A stretch of 45,578 nt of DNA from the IMG/VR virus record IMGVR_UViG_3300021411_000003, positions 1 to 45,578 of that record; one strand, 5' to 3'. This stretch comes from a virus. Lineage: Duplodnaviria > Caudoviricetes. The notes below the pieces were generated by a model that saw nothing but the letters and a program-made list of their open reading frames with translations, ran no database searches and was not told the origin of the DNA. Positions within the stretch are counted from its first letter, which is position 1, and each line of letters opens with the position of its first letter. The translations under genes were made by a program, and so were the position numbers. Of the stretch, positions 18,387-28,179 are shown piece after piece.

Positions 18387-18637
18387 CAATTTCTGGCGGG
18401 TTACCAACTTATTTACAGATTCTTATTCCAAATAGTTGGGTTTGTTCTAAAGATATTAGAGGACAAAATGGAAATGCTAATGATAATGGAGCTGCATTAG
18501 AAGTAATGGTTGTTCTTTCAGGTGTTGCTATTGGGAATACAGCTAAGTTTGCATTTGCGAAATTAAGTGGAACTGCATGGTTAGCATCAGTTAACAATAC
18601 TTATTTGCAAGGCACAGCAATTCTTCCTATTGACTAG
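18380..18637 (+). pseudogene. Start-less 85-codon ORF, probable 5'-truncated fibre/receptor-binding domain
   Basis: Open frame GVAISGGLPTYLQILIPNSW...NNTYLQGTAILPID* with phage-like codon usage fills the whole gap; no ATG/GTG at its 5' end. Confidence 0.45.
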
Positions 18638-18649
18638 AAAGAGGTTCTT

Positions 18650-18916
18650 ATGGCTGGTCTTACGGTTCAACAGAATGACATAAATATTACTTCTGGAGAT
18701 ATCTGTCGTGCTGTTGCTCATAGTGTTAATAGAGCTGTTAACTTTAAAAGATTTCTTGATCGTTTTACATCAGCACAATTAGTTACACAGTTTGGATTTA
18801 CTCAGGGAGATGCTGATCTAATTAAATCTGCTTTTACTGAGTTAGCTAATATAAATACTGCATTCCAAGCAAATAGAGCATTTGTTGATCAGCTTTCAGG
18901 TTTGGGAGACGTTTAA
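18650..18916 (+). CDS. Hypothetical helical protein (possible fibre chaperone)
   Basis: 88 aa, GAGG SD. Confidence 0.6.
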   Translation: MAGLTVQQNDINITSGDICRAVAHSVNRAVNFKRFLDRFTSAQLVTQFGFTQGDADLIKSAFTELANINTAFQANRAFVDQLSGLGDV

Positions 18917-19677
18917 TGCCTGGTGGTCTTACATTATTAGCATCATTACCAGCAGATATACCAACTCCTGCTGCTGGTAAGGTAACTATATTCTTTAACC
19001 TAACTACTGGATTGCCATCATATAAAGATGATACTGGGGTAACTCATACATTAGTTGGTACTGCTGGAGTTACTGGTAGTGCTGGACCATCTGGTTCACC
19101 TGGATATGGATTTGATGGGAATGATGCTGACTTATTAATATTTCCCGGTCCTAAAGGAGATATAGGTGCTACTGGAGTTACTGGTGCTGTTGGACCAATT
19201 GGACCTCCAGTAATGTTATTAGAAGATGCATTACAAGGAGAAGATGGATTACCTATTCCCAGTCAGAGTTCCGGTAGTCTATCTCAATTATTTACAGCAA
19301 CTGTGATTCTTACAGATGCTGAAATTAAGTCACTTAATACTTCTCCAAAAGAAATAATTCCTGCACCTGGAGTAGGTAAAATTGTTATACCTCTTGGAAT
19401 GCAATGGGTTAGTAATTTTACAGTAGTATATAATGCAGCGTCAACTGTAGGTCTTCGTCCTAATGGTGTTGCATTAGCTCTTACAACTTTAACTTCACTT
19501 CTTCAAAATGCAACTCCTAGACGTTATGGATTCTTTCCTGCAATATTAGTTGGCAATACTGGAATTGCTAGTGTTGAAAATTTATCTATAGTTCTTTTTC
19601 AATCTGCAAATATTACTGGTGGAGATCCAGCTAATAGCTTGTCAGTTATAGTACCCTATTACATTTTTACATTCTGA
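18916..19677 (+). CDS. Collagen-like (Gly-X-Y) tail fibre protein
   Basis: GTAGVTGSAGPSGSPG and GPKGDIGATGVTGAVGPIGPP repeats, with a globular C-terminal domain. Confidence 0.65.
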   Translation: MPGGLTLLASLPADIPTPAAGKVTIFFNLTTGLPSYKDDTGVTHTLVGTAGVTGSAGPSGSPGYGFDGNDADLLIFPGPKGDIGATGVTGAVGPIGPPVMLLEDALQGEDGLPIPSQSSGSLSQLFTATVILTDAEIKSLNTSPKEIIPAPGVGKIVIPLGMQWVSNFTVVYNAASTVGLRPNGVALALTTLTSLLQNATPRRYGFFPAILVGNTGIASVENLSIVLFQSANITGGDPANSLSVIVPYYIFTF

Positions 19678-19690
19678 AGGAGATTAGAAG

Positions 19691-20062
19691 ATGGCTGCAA
19701 ACAAAGTCTTTCGATTTGGTCCAGTTGCGCTAACGAATACTCTAACAACAAACATTCTCAACCCAACTACATCTACTGGTGGTGTGAATAGTGGTTCTAG
19801 TTCAGAATACATTGTTCTCAAACATGTTCGTATTGTGAATAAGACTGCTGGTGCTGTTACTTGTAGCTTTTGGTTAGGCGCTACAGGTGGTAACGTAGCC
19901 GGTACTGAGATTATTGGACAGGGACTATCAGTAGCCGCTAATAGCTATGTTGATTGGTTTGGATTGCTGAGATTTGATGCTGCTGACTTTTTGGTTGGTG
20001 GTGCATCAGCTAATACATCTCTTAGTATTCAAGGTGAAGGTGAGATTGGTGTTGCTGGGTAA
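19691..20062 (+). CDS. Virion-associated beta-sandwich protein
   Basis: 123 aa, AAGGAG SD. Confidence 0.55.
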   Translation: MAANKVFRFGPVALTNTLTTNILNPTTSTGGVNSGSSSEYIVLKHVRIVNKTAGAVTCSFWLGATGGNVAGTEIIGQGLSVAANSYVDWFGLLRFDAADFLVGGASANTSLSIQGEGEIGVAG

Positions 20063-20541
20063 TGACATTTGATGAAGTATTTGATAGGCTTCTAGGTCAT
20101 GAGGGAAATTATAGTAATGACCCTAATGACCCAGGTGGTGAGACAAATTGGGGTATCTCTAAACGGAGTTATCCCAATCTCATCATAAAAGAGCTTACAA
20201 GAGAAGACGCATTTAATATTTATAAAAGAGACTTCTGGAACAGAATAGAAGCAGATAAGTTACCAGATGGAATCTCATTTCAATTATTTGATTTTGCAGT
20301 TAACTCTGGAATTGAAACTGCAATACGATACTTTCAACGTTCTCTCAATATCGCTGATGATGGATACTGGGGACCAATCAGCAGTTTGGCAGCTAGCAAA
20401 TCATCTGAACCTGATATGATTATGAATTTTAATGCCGAACGATTAGATTTCATGACAAGGTTAAGTAATTGGAATTCTGCTGGTAAGGGTTGGGCACGAC
20501 GTATTGCTCAGAACCTACGTTATGGAGCAATTGACTCATAA
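20062..20541 (+). CDS. Glycoside hydrolase family 108 muramidase with peptidoglycan-binding domain
   Basis: HEGNYSNDPNDPGGETNWGI, FDFAVNSG, DGYWGP, GKGWARR. Confidence 0.9.
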   Translation: MTFDEVFDRLLGHEGNYSNDPNDPGGETNWGISKRSYPNLIIKELTREDAFNIYKRDFWNRIEADKLPDGISFQLFDFAVNSGIETAIRYFQRSLNIADDGYWGPISSLAASKSSEPDMIMNFNAERLDFMTRLSNWNSAGKGWARRIAQNLRYGAIDS

Positions 20542-20558
20542 ATAAATAGGTGTGATAA

Positions 20559-21233
20559 ATGGCAATACTTAGCAGCTCATACGGTATCGGTGGTAATCCT
20601 AATCAGCAGCCGCTAGCTCCATCAGGAGGAGTTACTGGAGCTTATGGATTGTATAACACTGCTGTTAATCAGCAAGCTAATGATTACAGTAATATCATGC
20701 AAGGCTATAAAGATTTATCTTCCAGCCCAGGATATGCTAATGTTGCCAATTTAGCTCAGACTGGTGGATATTCTGATTCTGACCAAGCTAATATTCGTGA
20801 AAGGGGAATTTCACCCATTAGAAGTATTTATGCCTCAGCAAATAGAGATGTTGATAGGCAGAAAGCTATTCAAGGTGGCTACAGTCCTAATTATGGTGCT
20901 GTAAAAGCTAAGATGGCTCGCGAGATGTCAGACCAAGTCTCCAATGCTACAACTAATGTCAATGCTACATTAGCTCAGAATATTGCTCAGAATAAGATGC
21001 AAATGGCACCTCAGTTTGCAGCTCAAGGTGAAAAGCCTCTACAGAATATGCAATCACTATATGGAACTACTCCTGCATTATCAAGTTTATTTGGTAATCA
21101 GGCATTACAGTCTGCACAATTACAGAATAACATTAATCAGGCTCCTGCTGTAAATGGTGGTGGTGGATATAATATGATGCCATCTAATGGAGTATCTGCT
21201 CGTAGACCTGTTATTGGAGGAGGTTCTTACTAA
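20559..21233 (+). CDS. Putative internal virion (ejection) protein 1
   Basis: Q/N/G/A-rich low-complexity helical protein after the tail genes. Confidence 0.55.
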   Translation: MAILSSSYGIGGNPNQQPLAPSGGVTGAYGLYNTAVNQQANDYSNIMQGYKDLSSSPGYANVANLAQTGGYSDSDQANIRERGISPIRSIYASANRDVDRQKAIQGGYSPNYGAVKAKMAREMSDQVSNATTNVNATLAQNIAQNKMQMAPQFAAQGEKPLQNMQSLYGTTPALSSLFGNQALQSAQLQNNINQAPAVNGGGGYNMMPSNGVSARRPVIGGGSY

Positions 21234-22171
21234 TGGCTGATGAATCTTTTATCCAGAAACTCAGAATGAATAATATATTTCCTGAACATGGAAATCCAAC
21301 TCCTTTGATTGGAATGCCAGATTTCTATTCTGGTAGGCGTCCGCAATTTCCAATGCAACAGCCGCAACAACAGCCAGCATTAGCTAAAATTGCCCAGCAG
21401 ATGACTAAACCAATAGTTCCACCTGCTTATGGTCAAGTTGGTAATGAAATACCAATGCAGAATACAGCATATTTACCACCGGAATCTGATAAATATGCTA
21501 CAAATATTCTGATGGGTTCTACAGCTAAGGATAAGGATCGTGACCTAAAAGGTCAAATTGCTGTAATGAAAAACACTAATGATACAGCAAAAACTTCTGT
21601 ATTACAAGCTAAACAGAAGTTAGCTGAGAAAGTAGCAGCCGGAAAAGCTACTGATGAAGAAAAGCAACAGTATGCATTAGATTTAGAAGATGAGAAACAG
21701 TCTGGTAGAATGAGCTTACAAGGTGCTAAGAGTGATACCCAATATGGTATTCAGGGAATGAGGTCTAATGATGCATATGGATTGCAGGATGTCAAAGGTA
21801 CTCAAGCTTTAGAACAGATAGGTGCTAGAGTTGCTGGACAAAAAGATATTAATGATAATAAACCAACAACTTTAAAGCCTCTAAGTTCAGCAGCAAATAA
21901 GATGGATACTAGAGTTAAAGCTCAAGAGCTTATGACTACTAGACCTGACTTGGCTCAATTTGTCACTATTGGTGATAACGGCTCTGTTCAGATTAATCCC
22001 AACACCCCATTAAATGAACTGTCAATGATTCAGGCAGCTTTATATCCTAAAACTCCACAAAATGATATTAATCTTCCAAGTTCTAATACTAAGACTACAG
22101 ATAAAACTAAAACTTCTACAACTACAGCTAAACCATCAGCGGCTGATCTGATCAAGAAATATGGTGGATAA
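21233..22171 (+). CDS. Putative internal virion (ejection) protein 2
   Basis: Q-rich, coiled-coil, TAATG-coupled. Confidence 0.55.
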   Translation: MADESFIQKLRMNNIFPEHGNPTPLIGMPDFYSGRRPQFPMQQPQQQPALAKIAQQMTKPIVPPAYGQVGNEIPMQNTAYLPPESDKYATNILMGSTAKDKDRDLKGQIAVMKNTNDTAKTSVLQAKQKLAEKVAAGKATDEEKQQYALDLEDEKQSGRMSLQGAKSDTQYGIQGMRSNDAYGLQDVKGTQALEQIGARVAGQKDINDNKPTTLKPLSSAANKMDTRVKAQELMTTRPDLAQFVTIGDNGSVQINPNTPLNELSMIQAALYPKTPQNDINLPSSNTKTTDKTKTSTTTAKPSAADLIKKYGG

Positions 22172-24456
22172 TGCCACAATCACAAGAACAAATTGTTCAG
22201 AAGATGATTGATGCTGGTGAATCTGAAGATAATATAGCTACGGTTATTAGGCATTTTAAATCTTCTAAAACTGAAGAACCTAAACAAGATTTCAGTAATG
22301 TAAAATCTGGCTCGTCTACTGACAAATCTGAGCTTACTAGCTATCAATACACTCCACCATCTGAATCTTCTATGTCAGATAAGCCAGTAGATGAACCTGA
22401 ACCATATACATATTGGGGTGGATTCTTCAAAGGCTTAAAGGATTATGGTAGTGAAATTACATCTGGTATAAAGCCTGCATTAGAATCTGGTGCTGTACCA
22501 CAAACTGCTGGAGATATGTTGGGCTTAATTATTCCAGCAGAATTACCTCATATCGCTCGTGGGAATCTTGGTAAAATTGGTAAATCTGTAGCTGGAACCG
22601 AAAGAGAAGTTCCTGTTGTTGAAAAGGCTATTCAAGCTAGTGAACCATTATCTGAGTCTTTAATTCCACGAGAGAGTGGACTGAGCAAAATTGAAAACTC
22701 AATTATAAAAGAGCCTGAAATACTTAGTCCTGATCAGTATACTCATATGGGAGATCCTAATACTGGTTCTCAATTTGGAAATACTAAACGCATAACACCT
22801 CTTGAGGCAGACCCAGAATGGCGTGCATCAATGCGTGAACTTTGGGGTGATATGTCTAAAGATGAAATTAATAGATATAATGAATTAAAATCAAATATGA
22901 ATGGCCCCCTTGATAAGATTACTCCAGAAATGCATAATGAATTTGTAGCACTTCAAGAAAGAAGACCTGGTGTAGCTCAACCAGATCAATATTTACTTAA
23001 ACAACAAGCTGAGCAAATAAGATTAGAAAATATCAAAAGATCTGAGCTGGGAGCGGCTGATAAATCATTTGACCCAGCTAGTATAGGATTTGAACCTAAA
23101 CCGCGTCAAAATCTAATGAGTGAAACTGGAGCAATTGGTGATTTGTCTCAAACTCCATCAGAAAAACTTAGATATAGACTTGATAGAGAAACTGGAGCTG
23201 GAATACCAATTGATAAAGCTGGTATACAGACTGGTCCTGCACAGTTTGCTGGTAAAGAGTTAGCTCCTGAATTAGCTGAAATGAGTAAATATAATCAAGC
23301 CGGTAAAATGGCTAATGAAGCTCAGAAAAAGAATCTGTGGGGTGAAGTTAGAGATGCTCAACGTGCATTATTGACTTCATTAGATTTATCAGCATTAGGT
23401 CGCCAGGGTAAACCTCTATTGTTGACTAAAGCTTATTGGACTTCTATTGATGATATGGCTAAAGCATGGGGTTCACAGAGAGCTTCTGATTTAATACATG
23501 AATCTATTCAAAGTATGCCAATCTTTCAAAAGCCTAAACTAGCTAATGGTAAATTTGGTAAATCAATAGCTGAACGTGCTGGAATTGACATGGGTAAGGC
23601 AGAACAATTTCAATCTAATATAGCAGAAAGGATTGTTCCTGGTGTCAAAAGATCTTCAAGAGCTTATGATGCATTTCTTTCCAAGCTACGAGCAGATCAT
23701 CTCAATACGATGGTTAAAGATGCTCGTGAGATGGGAATGAATCCTGATAAGAGTGATTTAGTATTACAGCAGATTGGATCTTTCATTAATGATGCAACTG
23801 GTAAGGGGTCACTTGGTAAACTTGAACGAATGGCACCAATTCTAAATGAGACATTCTTTGCTCCAAGATTGATGGCATCCCGTGTTAATATGTACAAGAG
23901 ATGGCTTGACCCAAGAACTTACAGCAATGCTAATCCTGTAGTTAGAAAGCAAGCAATTAAGTCTCTATTGTCAACTGTAGGTTTCGGAGCGGCTGTTGGT
24001 GAATTAGCTAGACTTGGTGGTGCTCAAGTTAGTAATGATTCAAACTCATCTGATTTTAGAAAGATTAAGATTGGGAATACACGAATCGACCCATTTAGCG
24101 GCTTTCAGCAATATGCAGTTGGTGCTAGTAGATTAATATCTGGAGAGACTGCTAATCGTAAAAATCCAAATAAGCCATTTGACTTAACATCTGGTAAGTT
24201 TGGCATGCCATCCAGAGCTTCAGTGGCATCTCAATTCTTTCAAAATAAGCTAGCTCCAATTCCATCATTTGTATGGTCTTGGATGGAAGGTAAAGACTGG
24301 GATGGCCAGCCATTTGATGCAAAAAAAGCTTTGCTAGATAGAACTATACCAATTGTTATTCAGGATTTGACAGAGTTAGCTAAAGAAGATCCAAAACTTC
24401 TACCACTTGGAATTCTACCAATTTTGGGTGAAGGTTTACAAACTTACGGACGTTAG
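22171..24456 (+). CDS. Large internal virion (ejection/DNA transfer) protein
   Basis: 761 aa, last large gene of the structural arm; hydrophobic segment and C-terminal KDWDGQP motif region. Confidence 0.6.
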   Translation: MPQSQEQIVQKMIDAGESEDNIATVIRHFKSSKTEEPKQDFSNVKSGSSTDKSELTSYQYTPPSESSMSDKPVDEPEPYTYWGGFFKGLKDYGSEITSGIKPALESGAVPQTAGDMLGLIIPAELPHIARGNLGKIGKSVAGTEREVPVVEKAIQASEPLSESLIPRESGLSKIENSIIKEPEILSPDQYTHMGDPNTGSQFGNTKRITPLEADPEWRASMRELWGDMSKDEINRYNELKSNMNGPLDKITPEMHNEFVALQERRPGVAQPDQYLLKQQAEQIRLENIKRSELGAADKSFDPASIGFEPKPRQNLMSETGAIGDLSQTPSEKLRYRLDRETGAGIPIDKAGIQTGPAQFAGKELAPELAEMSKYNQAGKMANEAQKKNLWGEVRDAQRALLTSLDLSALGRQGKPLLLTKAYWTSIDDMAKAWGSQRASDLIHESIQSMPIFQKPKLANGKFGKSIAERAGIDMGKAEQFQSNIAERIVPGVKRSSRAYDAFLSKLRADHLNTMVKDAREMGMNPDKSDLVLQQIGSFINDATGKGSLGKLERMAPILNETFFAPRLMASRVNMYKRWLDPRTYSNANPVVRKQAIKSLLSTVGFGAAVGELARLGGAQVSNDSNSSDFRKIKIGNTRIDPFSGFQQYAVGASRLISGETANRKNPNKPFDLTSGKFGMPSRASVASQFFQNKLAPIPSFVWSWMEGKDWDGQPFDAKKALLDRTIPIVIQDLTELAKEDPKLLPLGILPILGEGLQTYGR

Positions 24457-24472
24457 ACTTAATGAGGTGTCC

Positions 24473-24565
24473 ATGAGCTTACAAGAGTCTAGAGATAAAT
24501 TAGCTATAGTTCTAGCAGAATTAGATGCACTAATGGTGATTATGTATGGTCTAACAATAAAATAA
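24473..24565 (+). CDS. 30-aa hydrophobic peptide (not in ORF track)
   Basis: MSLQESRDKLAIVLAELDALMVIMYGLTIK with GAGGTG SD. Confidence 0.35.
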   Translation: MSLQESRDKLAIVLAELDALMVIMYGLTIK

Positions 24566-24600
24566 AAAGGAGTGGATATAGACCTATTCCGTATCCACCT
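24556..24600 (-). terminator. Intrinsic terminator at the convergence of the two arms
   Basis: GTGGATA(24572-78)/TATCCAC(24592-98) stem followed on the - strand by a T-rich tract. Confidence 0.6.
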
Positions 24601-24604
24601 GGAA

Positions 24605-24781
24605 CTATTTTGATCTAAGACCTGGCCATGCTTCAACTCTAATGTCTAGTTTTCTAACATCAACTAGATACATACAATTAGCTGGCTCATTCTCAATATT
24701 AAACTGAACCCATAGTGCAAATAGTTTTTGCATTATGGGCTTCAATTGATCATCAAACGTTATTCCTTTAGCTTCACTCAT
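24605..24781 (-). CDS. 58-aa hypothetical protein (not in ORF track)
   Basis: MSEAKGITFDDQLKP...WPGLRSK; ATGA overlap with the upstream stop. Confidence 0.55.
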   Translation of the reverse strand: MSEAKGITFDDQLKPIMQKLFALWVQFNIENEPANCMYLVDVRKLDIRVEAWPGLRSK

Positions 24782-25029
24782 TTAAGACTCCCATAGAAAG
24801 CATCATTTCTATCAAAGAGGCTTTCTAATTTCTCCTTAGTAAAAGTTTCTTGCATAGCGGCTACTACTCGTTCTGCTGTAATACCTACAATTTTCCAAGT
24901 ATGACCCTTACTACAGGTGATTTTGAAGTTATGACCTGGAATTGATTCTCTCTTGCAGAATCGTCTCCTTTTACATTCTTTACATAGTCTAAGTTTAAGT
25001 CCCTTATTCATTTTTAAGCATTTCTTCAA
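24778..25029 (-). CDS. Zn-ribbon protein whose C-terminus resembles the major capsid N-terminus
   Basis: CKEC...CSKGH; KLESLFDRNDAFYGSLK vs MCP KIRTLFERDDKFYSNIK. Confidence 0.65.
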   Translation of the reverse strand: MKKCLKMNKGLKLRLCKECKRRRFCKRESIPGHNFKITCSKGHTWKIVGITAERVVAAMQETFTKEKLESLFDRNDAFYGSLK

Positions 25030-25333
25030 GTTCTTTGATTGTAGGTCTTAATCTTCTACCACCCCAAAGCGAGCAATAATTAATCAAATCAACAAAGGTA
25101 TCCTCAATTGACTCATGTTTAGGATCTTTTGAATCTAATAATGAAGCTAGCCTAGCAAGTTTAGTTGCTATTAAAGTAATAAATACTTTATCAATATCCT
25201 CCTTAAACCAGGATATAACTTCCTTTGATCTATTAAAATTCTCATACCTATCAGATAAACCTGATGTGTAATCATCAGATTTAGACTTCAGTAGTACCTT
25301 ACCACGTTCCATCAATTCTTCTGGTGATGCCAT
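25004..25333 (-). CDS. DUF1599 / nucleotide-modification-associated domain 1-like protein
   Basis: KSKSDDY...YENF...KLARL...ESIEDTFVDLINY; GGAGG SD before ATG 25333. Confidence 0.65.
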   Translation of the reverse strand: MASPEELMERGKVLLKSKSDDYTSGLSDRYENFNRSKEVISWFKEDIDKVFITLIATKLARLASLLDSKDPKHESIEDTFVDLINYCSLWGGRRLRPTIKELEEMLKNE

Positions 25334-25430
25334 GTTATTCCTCCACAATAAATTTGAATTCTGTAAAATGCTCTCCTCAAGGCTTTATATCTACGTCTGA
25401 CTATTATCCATCTTTGGTATGGAAATTGTT

Positions 25431-25673
25431 TCATACAGCCTGATTTGGATAATCTAATCTTCTAACATTAGCCGCTCTTGGACCTCTTGGCGAATCTACA
25501 ATAGCAAATTCCATAGGTATCTTAACACCTACTTCATTTTCAGTATCAGATACTAAATCATCCCAATGGCCAATAAAATCATCCCTATGAAAGAAATATT
25601 CTATTCTTGTCATATCAGCCAAAATAAATCCATATCCTTTGTTACCTAAGATGTTCTTAACAACTCCAGTCAT
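25431..25673 (-). CDS. Cold-shock domain protein
   Basis: GVVK...KGYGFI...YFFH...GPRAANV (RNP1/RNP2). Confidence 0.9.
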   Translation of the reverse strand: MTGVVKNILGNKGYGFILADMTRIEYFFHRDDFIGHWDDLVSDTENEVGVKIPMEFAIVDSPRGPRAANVRRLDYPNQAV

Positions 25674-26071
25674 GATTTCATCTCCCGTTCTATAATCTCT
25701 TTGATGTTAGGTGGTGACCAATGTAATCCTTTTATAGTCTTGCCATATTCATTCTTTTCAGTTGATTTAGTCATGTTACTTCTTTGAACTTCAGCAAATA
25801 TTTCATCTATTGGAAGCCCAAATGCTAATGCTGTTCCAAACGTAACATATAATAAATCAGCTAATCCATCTGCTAACTCAGTGAGATTATCAACATCATA
25901 TTCAGCTCTTTCATTCATGAGTTTATATAGTGCTGAATTAACTTCTTTACATTCTTCATTAATTAGCTTAAATCTTAGATTTATAGTTTCTTGTGTTGGA
26001 ACTTGTGGCTTTAATGCGAAATAATGATCATACTTAACATGAAACTGTTGTAGCATTCCTACATAATTCAT
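25670..26071 (-). CDS. MazG-like / PRA-PH nucleotide pyrophosphohydrolase
   Basis: LINEECKEV...ELADGLADLLYVTFG...EVQRSNMTK. Confidence 0.85.
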   Translation of the reverse strand: MNYVGMLQQFHVKYDHYFALKPQVPTQETINLRFKLINEECKEVNSALYKLMNERAEYDVDNLTELADGLADLLYVTFGTALAFGLPIDEIFAEVQRSNMTKSTEKNEYGKTIKGLHWSPPNIKEIIEREMKS

Positions 26072-26250
26072 ACATCTTCTCCTATCATGCTTCTAATTTT
26101 ACGAACCAAGTTAATAGCCTCTATATTTCCATAACTAATATATTCATACTCTAGTAGACGATAAAGAATTTTAATTTCATTATAGTTTAAGTATGTAGTT
26201 TCAACAGATTTAGTAGATTCTTTAGGTTTTTTTCTTTTCTTCTTTTTCAT
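26068..26250 (-). CDS. Small basic hypothetical protein
   Basis: 60 aa, overlaps flanking starts and stops. Confidence 0.5.
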   Translation of the reverse strand: MKKKKRKKPKESTKSVETTYLNYNEIKILYRLLEYEYISYGNIEAINLVRKIRSMIGEDV

Positions 26251-27491
26251 TTTTCATTCTTGCTGAGAATATACTTCTTGTAGCTTTCCAGAGGTTCACC
26301 AGCCAAATGAATCTCCCAATCCATATTAGCACCAACTCCTATCTTAACTCTGCGTATCCATCCCATCTCAAGTAAATCATCAGATATTTGATCTAGAGTA
26401 AAAGCGTTATAATTACCATATCCTTTCCATAGTAACTGTTTACGAGACATTGTTTGATTTTCAGCCGCTAACAAGTAATCCAGTACTAACTTCTTGGCAA
26501 CGGCTAATGGATCTAATCCTCTACCTTCAGTAGTTCTCTTATTGCTATACACCAATGATGTTACTTTCTGAATTGCTTCTTCAATTTGATATTGTTCAAT
26601 ATTCCCACCAAAGTCCCATTCACTCAGAGCTAAACACATACTTACTTTCAATACATGATCTGGAACTCTATTTAGAAATCCAGTCTTATCATAAGTTTGA
26701 GATGCTCTCCACTTCTTACGCCACGTATTGAATAGGTTACGTGCATCATCAGTTGGTATTAATTGTCCTTTCTTCTTACTAATAGCTTCCAGATGTGGGA
26801 CATATTTTGGAACTAGTATTGTGTCAAACTTATTGTCCTCAACAGCGGCTTTATCATCGTCTAATAAGTCTACGTCTTGACTTCTTTTTTCTTCATATAT
26901 AATAAGGTTACGTCCAATATATCCACCTTCAATATTAGCCTGAGGAATTGAATCATAGAAATGAGCAGGAGATGAGCCAAATAAGGCCGTAATGTATGGA
27001 TTCTTAAGTTTCTCAGCGCCGTCACCCTTAAGTAAATTAGTCCATTCGGGATTGTAGTGTCCGTCATATAAATCTGTGAGGATTGTGAGACTATCTGGAT
27101 CTTGGATGATCGCAGTTGATAATTCACCATTGATTATATATCCTCTTGAATCACCTATAGGTGCTTTGCCTTCAACTGTCTTAGTTCTGCTTAACTCTTG
27201 TACGATAGCTTGTATAGAACTACGACCTGCTATCACACGAGTAACACTAGCCTTAGATACTAATAGCTTAGCCCTATTGATTGGAAAGCCCTTACCTAAT
27301 CCAGACTCTCCTAATAACATTATATACAAGTTGGGCTTATAAACTAAATCACCTTTTAATGTAGTTAAGTAGTAATTGTTTCCAGCAGCGGCTGATATGC
27401 AACTAAGGAAACTCCACCATAACCAGCTTTGAGGTGTCTCTACATGCTGACACTCAGTTACTAAAAGATCAATCCAATTTTCTTTTTTCAC
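26247..27491 (-). CDS. DUF3987-like P-loop ATPase (putative replicative helicase)
   Basis: PNLYIMLLGESGLGKG Walker A, LTDLYD, GGYIGR, C-terminal winged helix. Confidence 0.75.
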   Translation of the reverse strand: MKKENWIDLLVTECQHVETPQSWLWWSFLSCISAAAGNNYYLTTLKGDLVYKPNLYIMLLGESGLGKGFPINRAKLLVSKASVTRVIAGRSSIQAIVQELSRTKTVEGKAPIGDSRGYIINGELSTAIIQDPDSLTILTDLYDGHYNPEWTNLLKGDGAEKLKNPYITALFGSSPAHFYDSIPQANIEGGYIGRNLIIYEEKRSQDVDLLDDDKAAVEDNKFDTILVPKYVPHLEAISKKKGQLIPTDDARNLFNTWRKKWRASQTYDKTGFLNRVPDHVLKVSMCLALSEWDFGGNIEQYQIEEAIQKVTSLVYSNKRTTEGRGLDPLAVAKKLVLDYLLAAENQTMSRKQLLWKGYGNYNAFTLDQISDDLLEMGWIRRVKIGVGANMDWEIHLAGEPLESYKKYILSKNEK

Positions 27492-27497
27492 TACGTT

Positions 27498-27638
27498 CTA
27501 TTCAGAATGAAGATAAGCTTCTAATCTAGCAGCTAATTCAAATGCTTCACTTTGTTTATCCATTGAAATTTGTGCTGTTGTTAATGCAATATATAGTAAC
27601 CATATCTCATTACGAGTAAATTCTAATTTAACTTTCAT
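27498..27638 (-). CDS. 46-aa hypothetical protein (not in ORF track)
   Basis: MKVKLEFTRNEIWLLY...AYLHSE; ATGA coupling. Confidence 0.5.
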   Translation of the reverse strand: MKVKLEFTRNEIWLLYIALTTAQISMDKQSEAFELAARLEAYLHSE

Positions 27639-27859
27639 ACACGTCCTATTCTGCCTCTAGTCTGTGCTAATGCAAAAATTTTATTGAAGTAACTAGCTGG
27701 TATGTGATGACCAGCCGTTCCCACTACCAGAACGTGAAAATTAGAATGCTGTCTTAAATCATCTTCTGATTCAGGAAAGAACCATTCATTTCTTGCTAAT
27801 AGCTGTGAATGTGCCCAAGTCTCAGCTTCGTGAGCATCACCTGCAATGATACATATCAC
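27635..27859 (-). CDS. Hypothetical protein
   Basis: 74-aa coupled ORF. Confidence 0.55.
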   Translation of the reverse strand: MICIIAGDAHEAETWAHSQLLARNEWFFPESEDDLRQHSNFHVLVVGTAGHHIPASYFNKIFALAQTRGRIGRV

Positions 27860-28179
27860 TTCTTCACCATTTCAAATACTTCTATTTGTACAACCTCTAA
27901 ATCACTTATCTTTCTACCATCGTCTCTAAATTTCAATTTATTATCATATTCTCCATAGTTATTTTGATATCCTTCTACTTCAGCATTTGGCATATTAGTC
28001 CACATTTTAATTGCAGTTTTAGCCTGACTTTTAACCCTAAATAATCTTGGGATGCCAGTTTCTGATTTTAACTTAGTGTCTTTTAATACGTCTGGATTCC
28101 AATGGCTGTATCCTTTGCCTCTTTTCATTAAAGGCATAAACTTGCTTGAAGCTTTGTGTCTGATAGCCCAGAAAATCAT
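27856..28179 (-). CDS. Hypothetical phage protein
   Basis: 107-aa coupled ORF (WAIRHK...PRLF...W). Confidence 0.6.
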   Translation of the reverse strand: MIFWAIRHKASSKFMPLMKRGKGYSHWNPDVLKDTKLKSETGIPRLFRVKSQAKTAIKMWTNMPNAEVEGYQNNYGEYDNKLKFRDDGRKISDLEVVQIEVFEMVKK

